DNA of 64,000 bases from a virus. The position numbers and the translations under genes are program-made. The DNA is taken from the IMG/VR virus record IMGVR_UViG_3300045988_145476; one strand, given 5' to 3'. A model generated the notes under the pieces. That model did not search any database. It saw only the letters and a list, made by a program, of their open reading frames with translations, and was not told the DNA's origin. Below are positions 42,612-50,715 of the stretch, piece by piece (positions within the stretch are counted from its first letter, which is position 1; the number at the start of each line of letters is the position of its first letter).

Positions 42612-43949
42612 ATGGCTTCAAATGAAAAAGACTCTCCGATTAGTCTACTTGAAACTCTATCGGAAATTGATGGTAACTTGGAGTATTTTGCGGTCGCTAA
42701 GGACGGGACTACCTATAAATGTACTCCCGCCCAATTAAAGGATTTTGTACTGAAAGGCGAAACTCCAGTGGTTCGCATACCTTTAGCGGTATTGAACTTG
42801 AGCAATTCTTCAAGCAGCGAGGATATACTCAACGCTTTTGGCGGTAAGGAAACTTTCATCGCCCTTTGTGAGAAAATCTATGGCAGGGATGTGGTATGCG
42901 TCTGTCAGGGTTTTGCCAGTGATGATGATGAAAACATGAAGACTGGATATGTAACGCAGGCGATTTCCTGCAAGCATATTGACGCTGAGAACGCAATACT
43001 CATGTTCCTTATCAACATAGACAACGTTTCCCACCGGCTTATGATAAATTGCGTGGACGGTACGGCATCATTCTCCAAGACTACGGTGGATGATGCCAGT
43101 GTTATTTTGCTCCCCGATGATGTGAACAGTATTGAACAAAATTACTCGTCCAAACAGATATTTGACGCTTTTGGCGGTAAGGATGCCTATAACGGTTACG
43201 TAAGCAAAATCACCCAGAAGTCGGTTATAAAAATCGGAGATGCTTTATATGCCGTTTCACAGGTGTTAGGTTCTTCCTATACCGACGAAAACAATAGCCA
43301 GTTAGTCGTGCAGACCATTGCTATGAACGTGATAAAGTACATACAGGTTACTGTAACCGGCGGTACCGCAAAAGCCATTGTCGGGAAATGGGACGTCGTT
43401 GACGCTGAGAAGATACTCACCAAAGACAATACGACCGCTTATACTCCGACCAATGATTATCATCCCGCTACGAAGAAGTATGTGGATAATATCAATTATG
43501 GTAAGGTTATTAACGTTTCTGTGGGCACTTATCTTACTACCAATAAAAACGAAAAAGACAGGGAAGCAATAGACCTTATAAATACCATTTTTGGTTCGGT
43601 TGATAATCTGAAAGAAATAATCCAGGATATTATAGCGAACCACACCAAGTATTATTTTCACAGTTATAATAGCAAAGATAATTGTATTGAACTTAGTAGC
43701 ATTTACTCTTTTCACAACCCTGAAACTGAAGAATATAACTTGCAATGCAATATCAGTTATTATACTAATAACGGTCCTGTTTCCAAGCGTATGGGATTTA
43801 AACTAATGCCCAATGATGAAGACTGCGCTGCCTCTATAGAAGATATACTCACTTCCGATAATCTACAAAGAGTTGTTAAACGTACTAAATCTGAATACGA
43901 TGGTATTGGTATTAAAGATAATTCTACAATGTATGCAATAACTGAATAA
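42612..43949 (+). CDS. tail-fibre-like protein
   Basis: TAYTPTNDYHPATKKYVDN motif common in phage fibre proteins. Internal repeat (ILNAFGGKETF / IFDAFGGKDAY). Confidence 0.5.
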   Translation: MASNEKDSPISLLETLSEIDGNLEYFAVAKDGTTYKCTPAQLKDFVLKGETPVVRIPLAVLNLSNSSSSEDILNAFGGKETFIALCEKIYGRDVVCVCQGFASDDDENMKTGYVTQAISCKHIDAENAILMFLINIDNVSHRLMINCVDGTASFSKTTVDDASVILLPDDVNSIEQNYSSKQIFDAFGGKDAYNGYVSKITQKSVIKIGDALYAVSQVLGSSYTDENNSQLVVQTIAMNVIKYIQVTVTGGTAKAIVGKWDVVDAEKILTKDNTTAYTPTNDYHPATKKYVDNINYGKVINVSVGTYLTTNKNEKDREAIDLINTIFGSVDNLKEIIQDIIANHTKYYFHSYNSKDNCIELSSIYSFHNPETEEYNLQCNISYYTNNGPVSKRMGFKLMPNDEDCAASIEDILTSDNLQRVVKRTKSEYDGIGIKDNSTMYAITE

Positions 43950-43961
43950 AAATTCAAAGGT

Positions 43962-44341
43962 ATGGATAGTAATTTAAAAGTTGGTTCTAATAATGCAGGA
44001 TTGTTTGTTGGTAATATTGAGATATTAGGGGGATAACAGTTGATTATGAAGATGGCTTCTTTAATGATAATGGTTCGGCGTGTATTATAGTTAATAATTC
44101 GCAAGAAACTAAATCTTTTAATATAGATAATAATACAGTTAATGTTGCTTCAAATAGTATTTCCTTTTTATATAGTTATTCCAATTGGAAAATATCTACT
44201 AATACAGATATTATATATGATTTTCGTTTTGGCGATGCTGATAATGGAGAAGCTAATGATACTATTACAGCAAAGGCAAATGATGTATTATTTAATTTTA
44301 CTGGTTATGGTTCTTATTTAGTTTTAGTAATAAAAGAATAA
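43962..44341 (+). CDS. ORF interrupted by a -1 frameshift at a G5 run (programmed slippage, phase variation or pseudogene)
   Basis: ATG 43962 gives 24 codons to TAA 44034-44036. The -1 frame is open only from 44021 and runs 102 ATG-less codons from 44033 to TAA 44339-44341. The frames overlap only across GGGGG 44028-44032. Confidence 0.45.
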
Positions 44342-44352
44342 ATATAATTGAT

Positions 44353-44814
44353 ATGGATAAAGATACGAAAGATATTAACGGGGGGGGGGTAAGAGTAGGT
44401 ATAAGTAATACGAGTATTCGTATTGGAAATCAACTTATTGCTGGCAAAGAATTTGATATTAAACAACTTGTTGATAATATTATATTTGCAGATGATTTAG
44501 TACATAAAGAAATTAATGGACAACTTGTTCTTATTTGCAATCTTAGTAGTATCCCTATTTATTTATATCGAGATTCAGTAAGAATTGAAATAAAAAAACA
44601 ACATATCGAATGGTATTCATTTAGAGCACCTACTGCTATTAGTCTTTTTAATGAAGATAATACTCCAATAAGAGCTATTACACAAAAGGAGTCTATATCC
44701 AATAATTTTGTTATAGAAATAACTGATTCTGTCGTTAATAATGGCGATAGTGTATTTGATATTGCAGATAGTACAGGGATTTTCGGTTTGGTTTGTGTTC
44801 TAATGAATGCGTAA
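44353..44814 (+). CDS. hypothetical protein with a G10 tract at codons 10-12
   Basis: 153-aa AT-rich ORF (MDKDTKDINGGGVRV...). No motif recognised. Confidence 0.5.
   Translation: MDKDTKDINGGGVRVGISNTSIRIGNQLIAGKEFDIKQLVDNIIFADDLVHKEINGQLVLICNLSSIPIYLYRDSVRIEIKKQHIEWYSFRAPTAISLFNEDNTPIRAITQKESISNNFVIEITDSVVNNGDSVFDIADSTGIFGLVCVLMNA
44380..44389 (+). repeat. poly-G homopolymer tract (G10) inside a coding region
   Basis: Ten consecutive G encoding GGG at the 5' end of 44353..44814, within a region of ~22-30% G+C. Confidence 0.9.
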
Positions 44815-44858
44815 AACAATAATATTAATAAAATAACAAAGTGTTTACTTTTTTGATT

Positions 44859-45302
44859 ATGAGAGTAAAAGTATTTTATGAGAATTGGCTCGCTAAAGCC
44901 ATTCTGTTCAAGAACTACGGTACGATGATGTTCTTTGGTTTCATCATTACCAAACATGCAAGTTTGCCTATTGAGGCACAACGTGAGGAGCGTATTCATC
45001 AGCTCCAGTTCAAGGAATGTATGGAAATTGCTACGATACCGGCGGTTTTCCTTTCTCTGTATGTGAGCTGGTGGTGGATGCTTCTTATTCCCACCTTGTA
45101 CTATATAATGTACGGTGTGGAATGGTTTATCAGTTTTATATATCATTTGTTCAAGGACAAACAAATCGGTGATGGGAAAGTGAACGCCAATGCCTATTAT
45201 GCAAGCGCCTTTGAAATGGAAGCTAAGGAGAACCGGAACAGCCAGATTTATCTGCGTTTCCGCAAATGGGGGGCTTGGTTCAAATATTACGGGAAGTTAT
45301 AG
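44859..45302 (+). CDS. membrane protein (hypothetical)
   Basis: ATG 44859 within the track ORF. Hydrophobic segments (MMFFGFIIT, IPAVFLSLYVSWWWMLLIPTLYYIMYGVEWFISFIY). Confidence 0.45.
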   Translation: MRVKVFYENWLAKAILFKNYGTMMFFGFIITKHASLPIEAQREERIHQLQFKECMEIATIPAVFLSLYVSWWWMLLIPTLYYIMYGVEWFISFIYHLFKDKQIGDGKVNANAYYASAFEMEAKENRNSQIYLRFRKWGAWFKYYGKL

Positions 45303-45307
45303 GAGCG

Positions 45308-45339
45308 TTTGCAATATTGCGTAGTATTTCCTATATTTG
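45308..45339 (+). promoter_or_regulatory. predicted Bacteroidota-type promoter
   Basis: TTTG 45308-45311, 20-nt spacer, TATATTTG 45332-45339. 21 nt upstream of the folE ATG. Confidence 0.55.
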
Positions 45340-45359
45340 TATATCAAACTTAAATCATT

Positions 45360-46034
45360 ATGCTGGACAAATCAAAAACGGACCCGAAGTTAGGTAGGGA
45401 AATCCACCAACTTCTACATGACACAGGAATCGAAACCCCTATGATAGACTCAACGTTTCAGACCGAATCTGAAAAGTTTACCGCCATACGGGACAGCTTT
45501 AAGACTATCATGCAAACTCTTGGAATGGACTTGACCGATGATAGCCTTTCGGAAACCCCAAATCGTATTGCCAAGATGTACCTCAACGAAATATTTTGGG
45601 GTCTTGATTACAACAACTTCCCGAAAGTAACCACCATAGACAATAAGATGCAGTATAATTCCATGCTGCTGGAAAGAAACATAAAAGTTTCTTCATTCTG
45701 TGAGCACCACTTTGTGAACTTTGTAGGCAGTGCGTATGTTGCTTACATCCCGCACGGGAAAATAATCGGTTTGTCAAAGATAAACCGCATTGTTGAGTTC
45801 TTCTGCCGCAGGCCACAAGTGCAGGAACGCCTGTGTGAACAAATATGGGCGGCTCTCTGCCATGTACTTGAAACCGAAGACATTGCCGTTCTTATTCGTG
45901 CAGAACATTTCTGCGTTAAGTCAAGAGGAGTTGAGGATATTAATTCCGATACGGTTACTTCCCGTTTGGGCGGTTTGTTCTATGACAGTGAGCAAAGGGA
46001 CGAGTTTTATAAGGTACTCAACTTTGGTGTATGA
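45360..46034 (+). CDS. folE: GTP cyclohydrolase I (FolE)
   Basis: ETPNRIAKMY...SFCEHHFVNFVGSAYVAYIPHGKIIGLSKINRIVEFFCRRPQVQERL matches the type I GCH signature. Confidence 0.9.
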   Translation: MLDKSKTDPKLGREIHQLLHDTGIETPMIDSTFQTESEKFTAIRDSFKTIMQTLGMDLTDDSLSETPNRIAKMYLNEIFWGLDYNNFPKVTTIDNKMQYNSMLLERNIKVSSFCEHHFVNFVGSAYVAYIPHGKIIGLSKINRIVEFFCRRPQVQERLCEQIWAALCHVLETEDIAVLIRAEHFCVKSRGVEDINSDTVTSRLGGLFYDSEQRDEFYKVLNFGV

Positions 46035-46603
46035 AAGGATTTACTCTGATTGATAACGTATGGGTGGAGAATAGAATATTTCCCACCTATTTTTCTTGTG
46101 ACTATGACAAGTGTAAGGGAGCGTGCTGCTGGGCTGGTGATGCCAAAGATTATGACGGTGGTACATTGCTCGCCGAGGAAGCTCAGGAAATACTCCTTAG
46201 AAAAACCGCTCTCTCTCCGTTCACGAGTGAAGACTTGCGTAGTATTGCCGAGAATAGTCCAGTATATACCCGTAACGGCGGCATTTACACGAAACTTCAT
46301 TCTGACGGTAGATGCGTGTACATGAACGGAAAAGGATGCGCATTGAAAGACGCATGTGCTGCTGGAAAACTTTCATTCGATATTCCCGTTTATTGTCAGT
46401 TGTACCCGTTATGGGTGAGTGAACATTCTGACGGGAACATGAAGCTTTTCTTGGCTGATTCGTTCGAGGAGTTCTGCCGGCCCGCCTTTGAAAAGGGGCT
46501 TCGTGATAAAACAACTCTGTTACAGTTTTGCCGGATACCACTAATAAGATTTTTCGGTGAACCTTTCTACCAGACCTTATTCAATATGGTTACTCAAGAA
46601 TGA
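46031..46603 (+). CDS. Cys-cluster protein (DUF3109 / CxxCxxCC-like), translationally coupled to folE
   Basis: FSCDYDKCKGACCWAGDAKDYDGGTLLAEEA and DGRCVYMNGKGCAL...YCQLYPLW. ATGA overlap with the folE stop. Confidence 0.5.
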   Translation: MKGFTLIDNVWVENRIFPTYFSCDYDKCKGACCWAGDAKDYDGGTLLAEEAQEILLRKTALSPFTSEDLRSIAENSPVYTRNGGIYTKLHSDGRCVYMNGKGCALKDACAAGKLSFDIPVYCQLYPLWVSEHSDGNMKLFLADSFEEFCRPAFEKGLRDKTTLLQFCRIPLIRFFGEPFYQTLFNMVTQE

Positions 46604-46607
46604 ACGA

Positions 46608-46916
46608 ATGATACCACTTTGGCAAACAGTATTACTCCTCGGCAATTCTACCGAGGAGTTTTCATTTACGTATAACGGTGAACAAAAAATATTTCTTGAC
46701 GGTAAGAAATTAGACGGTGAGTGGGTAATATCTTTACGAGTTATTATGTTTGCCCAGTTCGCATGGGGAGTAAACCGTTTCCGTACGAGAATGAATGGAA
46801 GCTCCCATGAGGTTACCCGCTATTATTTGACAGTAATACTCAACTGGCTTGTTGAAAACCATATCGTGAAGGGACGTGAGGAACTTAAATCACTTATAAA
46901 GGCTCATTTGGAATAA
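46608..46916 (+). CDS. hypothetical protein
   Basis: ATG 46608 within the track ORF. No motif recognised. Confidence 0.4.
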   Translation: MIPLWQTVLLLGNSTEEFSFTYNGEQKIFLDGKKLDGEWVISLRVIMFAQFAWGVNRFRTRMNGSSHEVTRYYLTVILNWLVENHIVKGREELKSLIKAHLE

Positions 46917-46938
46917 TACTTATCTTTTTGTATATTTA
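46907..46938 (+). promoter_or_regulatory. predicted Bacteroidota-type promoter
   Basis: CATTTGGAATA context (overlaps the last codons of the upstream gene). TTTG 46907-46910, 20-nt spacer, TATATTTA 46931-46938. Confidence 0.5.
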
Positions 46939-46960
46939 CGATATATGAAACGAAAAACGT

Positions 46961-47266
46961 ATGAAAACAGTACACGAAGGTATGGTAGAGCAACGGTTTT
47001 TCCCAGTAAGTAAGCTTACTGATATAATCGAAATTCAGCCGGGAGAATTAATCTATGTTAGGTACGCAAAATATAACGTACTTTTTCAGAACGCCTATAA
47101 GACCATTTCCGCACCCAATATGAAGTTGTGGGCTATTCCGGGTACTTCCGTATATGCCGAAACACTCAAACCATGCGGATATAATGTTATCGGCGTTAGT
47201 ATTTCTCAATGTAGGTTTCCTACACATAGTGAATTTAGTAAATATGAATTATGTCAGACAGTATAA
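46961..47266 (+). CDS. hypothetical protein (C-terminal CRFPTxxEF motif)
   Basis: Ends ...SISQCRFPTHSEFSKYE. Paralogous C-terminus in the next ORF. Confidence 0.45.
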   Translation: MKTVHEGMVEQRFFPVSKLTDIIEIQPGELIYVRYAKYNVLFQNAYKTISAPNMKLWAIPGTSVYAETLKPCGYNVIGVSISQCRFPTHSEFSKYELCQTV

Positions 47267-47592
47267 TAACATTTTGCTCTGAGGAAGGGAAAAAAGATTA
47301 CGGTTATCACGCCATATATGAATATGTTAGAACTCTCGAATTGAGTGAGGGTACCGTTCTTGCTTTTCCTTGTGGTGGTGATTTTGTAGCTCTGTTCCAA
47401 ACCTCACGGAATATAGACCTTCTTGAAAATGAGATTGACATACTGAACGGCTCACTGGTTATTCTGGGTGATGGAGATGCTAAACTTCACCATTACGCTT
47501 CCGTTTATGAGCTTGAATCTATTGCCACAGGAGCTTGCCGGCTCCCTACTAAGGAAGAATATGATGAATACCAAAAAAGACCGTCCGTTTAG
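47251..47592 (+). CDS. hypothetical protein (C-terminal CRLPTxEEY motif)
   Basis: ...ATGACRLPTKEEYDEYQKR, reminiscent of the (W/C)RLPTxxE motif of DUF1566/FISUMP-type domains. Low confidence. Confidence 0.45.
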   Translation: MSDSIITFCSEEGKKDYGYHAIYEYVRTLELSEGTVLAFPCGGDFVALFQTSRNIDLLENEIDILNGSLVILGDGDAKLHHYASVYELESIATGACRLPTKEEYDEYQKRPSV

Positions 47593-47594
47593 TT

Positions 47595-47855
47595 ATGAAA
47601 GATATTCTTCTTTACAGTTTCCCGTTACTGGCAACGCTTTGGCTTGTTGCCCATTGCTGGCTCTGGTACAGATATATCCGTTTGCGTAAACAAAAAGAGA
47701 ATGAATACTATACGGATTATGTGCATAACAATCTTATCTTGCGCATTTACAAACCGGAGTTCGAGTATCAAGCTATTGGAAATGTGCCTCTTGACAAACT
47801 ATTGGATAGAGGAAATTTCTCCCAGTTTTATGTTTGGGCTTTAATAGAAAAGTAA
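47595..47855 (+). CDS. small membrane protein
   Basis: N-terminal hydrophobic helix ILLYSFPLLATLWLVAHCWLWY. Confidence 0.45.
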   Translation: MKDILLYSFPLLATLWLVAHCWLWYRYIRLRKQKENEYYTDYVHNNLILRIYKPEFEYQAIGNVPLDKLLDRGNFSQFYVWALIEK

Positions 47856-47856
47856 T

Positions 47857-48111
47857 ATGGAAAGTTATGAATGGAAATTTGACGGAGCAGTAAAATATCG
47901 TATCGTTGAAGTCCATGTAGACACAATTAGACCGGGGGATACGGTACTTTTATCTGATGGGATTCTTCATACGGTAGGTAAAAAAGATATTTCTTATAAC
48001 CCATTCATGGGAACGAGTATCTTTGGGTATAATTACAAATGCGGGACTGAACCCGTAAAAAAAGCAATAATTTATCATGGATTTAAACAAATTTGCAAAA
48101 CGTGCGTTTAG
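47857..48111 (+). CDS. hypothetical protein
   Basis: 84-aa ORF. No motif recognised. Confidence 0.45.
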   Translation: MESYEWKFDGAVKYRIVEVHVDTIRPGDTVLLSDGILHTVGKKDISYNPFMGTSIFGYNYKCGTEPVKKAIIYHGFKQICKTCV

Positions 48112-48376
48112 TAATGCACTTAAAAGAAAAAAGATTACCGACACGTCTAATCTGGGCGTACAAGGTGCTGAGGCTCTCAAAGGCCTTATGAGTGAAGTGG
48201 AAGAATTTCACAAAGCAAACCCTTGTGAGCCGTCCGAACATCTTCCCCAGTATTCAGAAGAAGTAGAGGAACTCGCTGATATTGCGATAACCGCATTTAC
48301 CGAACTCTACCGTAGAGGTGTTGATATAGAGAAAGTGTTACATGAAAAAATGAAATTCAATGAGCAAAGAACTTAA
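48077..48376 (+). CDS. MazG-like nucleotide pyrophosphohydrolase
   Basis: LMSEVEEFHKA...EEVEELADIAITAFTELYRRGVDIEKVLHEKMKFN (EExxE...ELAD helical MazG pattern). Confidence 0.6.
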   Translation: MDLNKFAKRAFSNALKRKKITDTSNLGVQGAEALKGLMSEVEEFHKANPCEPSEHLPQYSEEVEELADIAITAFTELYRRGVDIEKVLHEKMKFNEQRT

Positions 48377-48427
48377 TCTTCCAGAACGAGTAGCGAAATT
48401 CCAAACGGATGTGCTACAAACTTTGAA

Positions 48428-48643
48428 TTGTCCGGCCACTTATCCGTTCTCCGTCTTGAAAACGGAACGATACAGGTTGACCGCAAGGACTGTGATGCCG
48501 ATGAACTACTGTTGAAAGTATCCCGCTGCCCGATTGCAGGAAAACTTCGTGTACAGGGTAGCGTGCTTGAACTTGATTACCCCGAAACAAGAGACTGCAT
48601 CAAGACTCTTTCGGAGTCCTTATCTTTAGATGTTACCTTATGA
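48428..48643 (+). CDS. hypothetical protein (non-ATG start or frameshifted)
   Basis: The frame is open from 48377 but has no ATG, so the track uses TTG 48428. An ATG at 48360 in another frame gives a plausible 22-aa N-terminus. Confidence 0.3.
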   Translation: MSGHLSVLRLENGTIQVDRKDCDADELLLKVSRCPIAGKLRVQGSVLELDYPETRDCIKTLSESLSLDVTL

Positions 48644-48816
48644 CACAATCTGATTTAAAACTAATCGAAAAAGCCCGTATGGTTAGCTGTTATGACTTCG
48701 GTGAGATTGATAATCTTATTGCTCTTGCCGAAAGTGATGAAGCCAAAGAACAACTTCGTCTTATACGGAACCGAAAGTACCACATGGAAGAAATGCGGTA
48801 TGATATGGGCCGCTAA
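48640..48816 (+). CDS. 58-aa hypothetical protein (below ORF-track cut-off)
   Basis: ATG 48640 overlaps the upstream stop (ATGA). MTQSDLKLIEKARMVSCYDFGEIDNLIALAESDEAKEQLRLIRNRKYHMEEMRYDMGR*. Fills the gap before 48827. Confidence 0.5.
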   Translation: MTQSDLKLIEKARMVSCYDFGEIDNLIALAESDEAKEQLRLIRNRKYHMEEMRYDMGR

Positions 48817-48826
48817 TATTTTAACT

Positions 48827-49207
48827 ATGGCAAATACCGTTGTACCCTATGAAACAGCCAAGAAGCTGAACGCTATTGGCTTTTGTGAACCGTTGAACAG
48901 ATATTATACCAAAAGAGGTGTATTCATAACAACCATTGGGCATATATCTCCCAAGGCGTTTTCTTTACCCTCCTTGTTTGACGTTCTGGCTCCCACTTAC
49001 CAAGAAGCTGCCGATTTTCTCCGGAAGAAGTCCTATTGTGTAGGTGTTATCCCTATGATTGATAAAGATGGAATATACTTTCATGTGAAGGTTCTCTACG
49101 CTCCGAACTTTATCGAAGAGCATTTTGAGAAACGTTATGCTCATTTTTCTACTGCATTGAAAGAGGGTGTTGACTATTTAATCGAAAAGCTATATGAAGT
49201 ACGCTAA
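48827..49207 (+). CDS. hypothetical phage protein
   Basis: ATG 48827 (MANTVVPYETAKKLNAIGF...) within track ORF 48692..49207. N-terminal motif shared with 37635..38036. Confidence 0.5.
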   Translation: MANTVVPYETAKKLNAIGFCEPLNRYYTKRGVFITTIGHISPKAFSLPSLFDVLAPTYQEAADFLRKKSYCVGVIPMIDKDGIYFHVKVLYAPNFIEEHFEKRYAHFSTALKEGVDYLIEKLYEVR

Positions 49208-49565
49208 AGTATTAAGGCAAGCACTGAACGCCTTATTTTATCTCTGCTCTCTAATAGGATTCATGCAGTTCTTATCTCTTATAATGTTTCCTCACTTGAG
49301 ATTGGTTGTTCTCATACTTATTGCCGTTGGAATTTTCCTATGGTGTATTATCTATGCTGTGGAAACCCCAAGCCAGTATTACTACTATGTGGTCGCACAA
49401 GTAGAGGGGAAATTCTTATATACTCGAATAAAGTCCGAAAAGGAGCTTACCTATTGGGGAGCCACTGAACTAATTTCGAGGGAAAGGGAACTCGCTTATC
49501 CTATTATCGTTATTAACATGCAAAGAATAACCGAAGAAGAATATAACTCCGTATATTTTCCCTAA
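49194..49565 (+). CDS. membrane protein (hypothetical)
   Basis: Two hydrophobic helices (ALFYLCSLIGFMQFLSLIMF; LVVLILIAVGIFLWCIIYAV). Confidence 0.5.
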   Translation: MKYAKVLRQALNALFYLCSLIGFMQFLSLIMFPHLRLVVLILIAVGIFLWCIIYAVETPSQYYYYVVAQVEGKFLYTRIKSEKELTYWGATELISRERELAYPIIVINMQRITEEEYNSVYFP

Positions 49566-49960
49566 TGCTTAGCCCCTTGCAAATTCGGATGCTTAAAGGA
49601 CTTGTTTGCCCTTATTGTCACCGACCCACCCAGCTTGTAGACAGTTCCGAAGTGTATGGCCGTTCTTATGGTATGATTTATTTGTGTAGACCTTGTAATG
49701 CGTACGTGGGATGCCACCAAGGAACGACCAACGCTTTGGGACGTGTCGCAAATGCTGAATTGAGGATAGCCAAAAAGTTGGCGCATGAAAAGTTTGACCC
49801 GTTATGGAGAAACGGTTACATGACAAGGCATGAAGCGTACAAGTGGTTGTCTGACAAATTAGGAATCCCTGCCGAATATACCCATATAGGAATGTTTAAT
49901 GTGGACACTTGTCACAAAGTTGTTTCCCTTTGTATAAATTATCTTCAAGAAAAGTTATGA
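49565..49960 (+). CDS. zinc-finger protein (DUF3268-like)
   Basis: CPYCHRPTQLVDSSEVYGRSYGMIYLCRPCNAYVGCH...RVANAELRIAKKLAHEKFDPLW. Confidence 0.5.
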   Translation: MLSPLQIRMLKGLVCPYCHRPTQLVDSSEVYGRSYGMIYLCRPCNAYVGCHQGTTNALGRVANAELRIAKKLAHEKFDPLWRNGYMTRHEAYKWLSDKLGIPAEYTHIGMFNVDTCHKVVSLCINYLQEKL

Positions 49961-50253
49961 ACCTTACTTTTGACGAAATGATAGAGAGGACTTTACGCCC
50001 GAATGTACATACGATATTCTATTCCTTGAAGAAAGTGGTAGATGAAGTTCTCCCTTTACTTGGGATAAAGGAGTTTTATGTGAAACCCGCCCATCCGGGT
50101 TGCAGAGGGGTCGAGTTCTTTGTACTATCTAAAGAAGACAAAGAGAAGATGGAATCCCTTTTGTGTAAAAACTACAAATACGGTGATAGGATAATCATTT
50201 TCTCCCCATTAAGAGAAAAAGGCATATTCTATGCTTCTGTACGTAGAAGTTAA
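49957..50253 (+). CDS. hypothetical protein
   Basis: ATG 49957 overlaps the upstream stop (ATGA). Lies within track ORF 49909..50253. Confidence 0.45.
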   Translation: MNLTFDEMIERTLRPNVHTIFYSLKKVVDEVLPLLGIKEFYVKPAHPGCRGVEFFVLSKEDKEKMESLLCKNYKYGDRIIIFSPLREKGIFYASVRRS

Positions 50254-50294
50254 CTTTAAATAAACGTGTATTTACTCATCAAAAGATATAGGCT

Positions 50295-50624
50295 ATGATT
50301 ATAAAAGTACCAATTGTTACAGTAAGTAATGAAGAGGAATATTACTATTACTGCTGTTGTAAAGACCTTCGTTGCTCCACAAAAGGTAATTCCGTAGAAA
50401 AAGTGGAGAAACAAATAGTACAAATGATTAAGAGCGTACTCACCCCTCTGGATATTGACTATCTGAAAGAGTTGGGCTGGTCGTATTCAGGCTCCGTATT
50501 GGAAAACCCAAAATATACTACCTATGACTTGCAGGATTTCCTAAAGGCTAACTGCCCATTCACTATTACGGAATCAACTCATATATTTCCCGTAAAGACA
50601 GTATCTATTCCAGTCGGTGAGTAG
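50295..50624 (+). CDS. hypothetical protein
   Basis: 109-aa ORF. No motif recognised. Confidence 0.45.
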   Translation: MIIKVPIVTVSNEEEYYYYCCCKDLRCSTKGNSVEKVEKQIVQMIKSVLTPLDIDYLKELGWSYSGSVLENPKYTTYDLQDFLKANCPFTITESTHIFPVKTVSIPVGE

Positions 50625-50654
50625 ACCGTTTTCCACCTTTTAAGAAGGGGTAAT

Positions 50655-50686
50655 TTTGGTTTTGTCGTTCCGATAGACTATATTTG
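50655..50686 (+). promoter_or_regulatory. predicted Bacteroidota-type promoter
   Basis: TTTG 50655-50658, 20-nt spacer, TATATTTG 50679-50686. Excludes the track GTG start at 50686. Confidence 0.55.
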
Positions 50687-50715
50687 TGGTGTTGTACAAC
50701 TTAAAAGATTTGATT

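Noticed and set aside
41232-44814. Diversity-generating retroelement targeting the LamG or fibre-like genes.
   Set aside because: No reverse transcriptase gene is present in the window, and I saw no template/variable repeat pair differing at adenines. The AT-rich, Asn-rich composition is better described as mosaic cassettes. A DGR elsewhere in the genome cannot be excluded.
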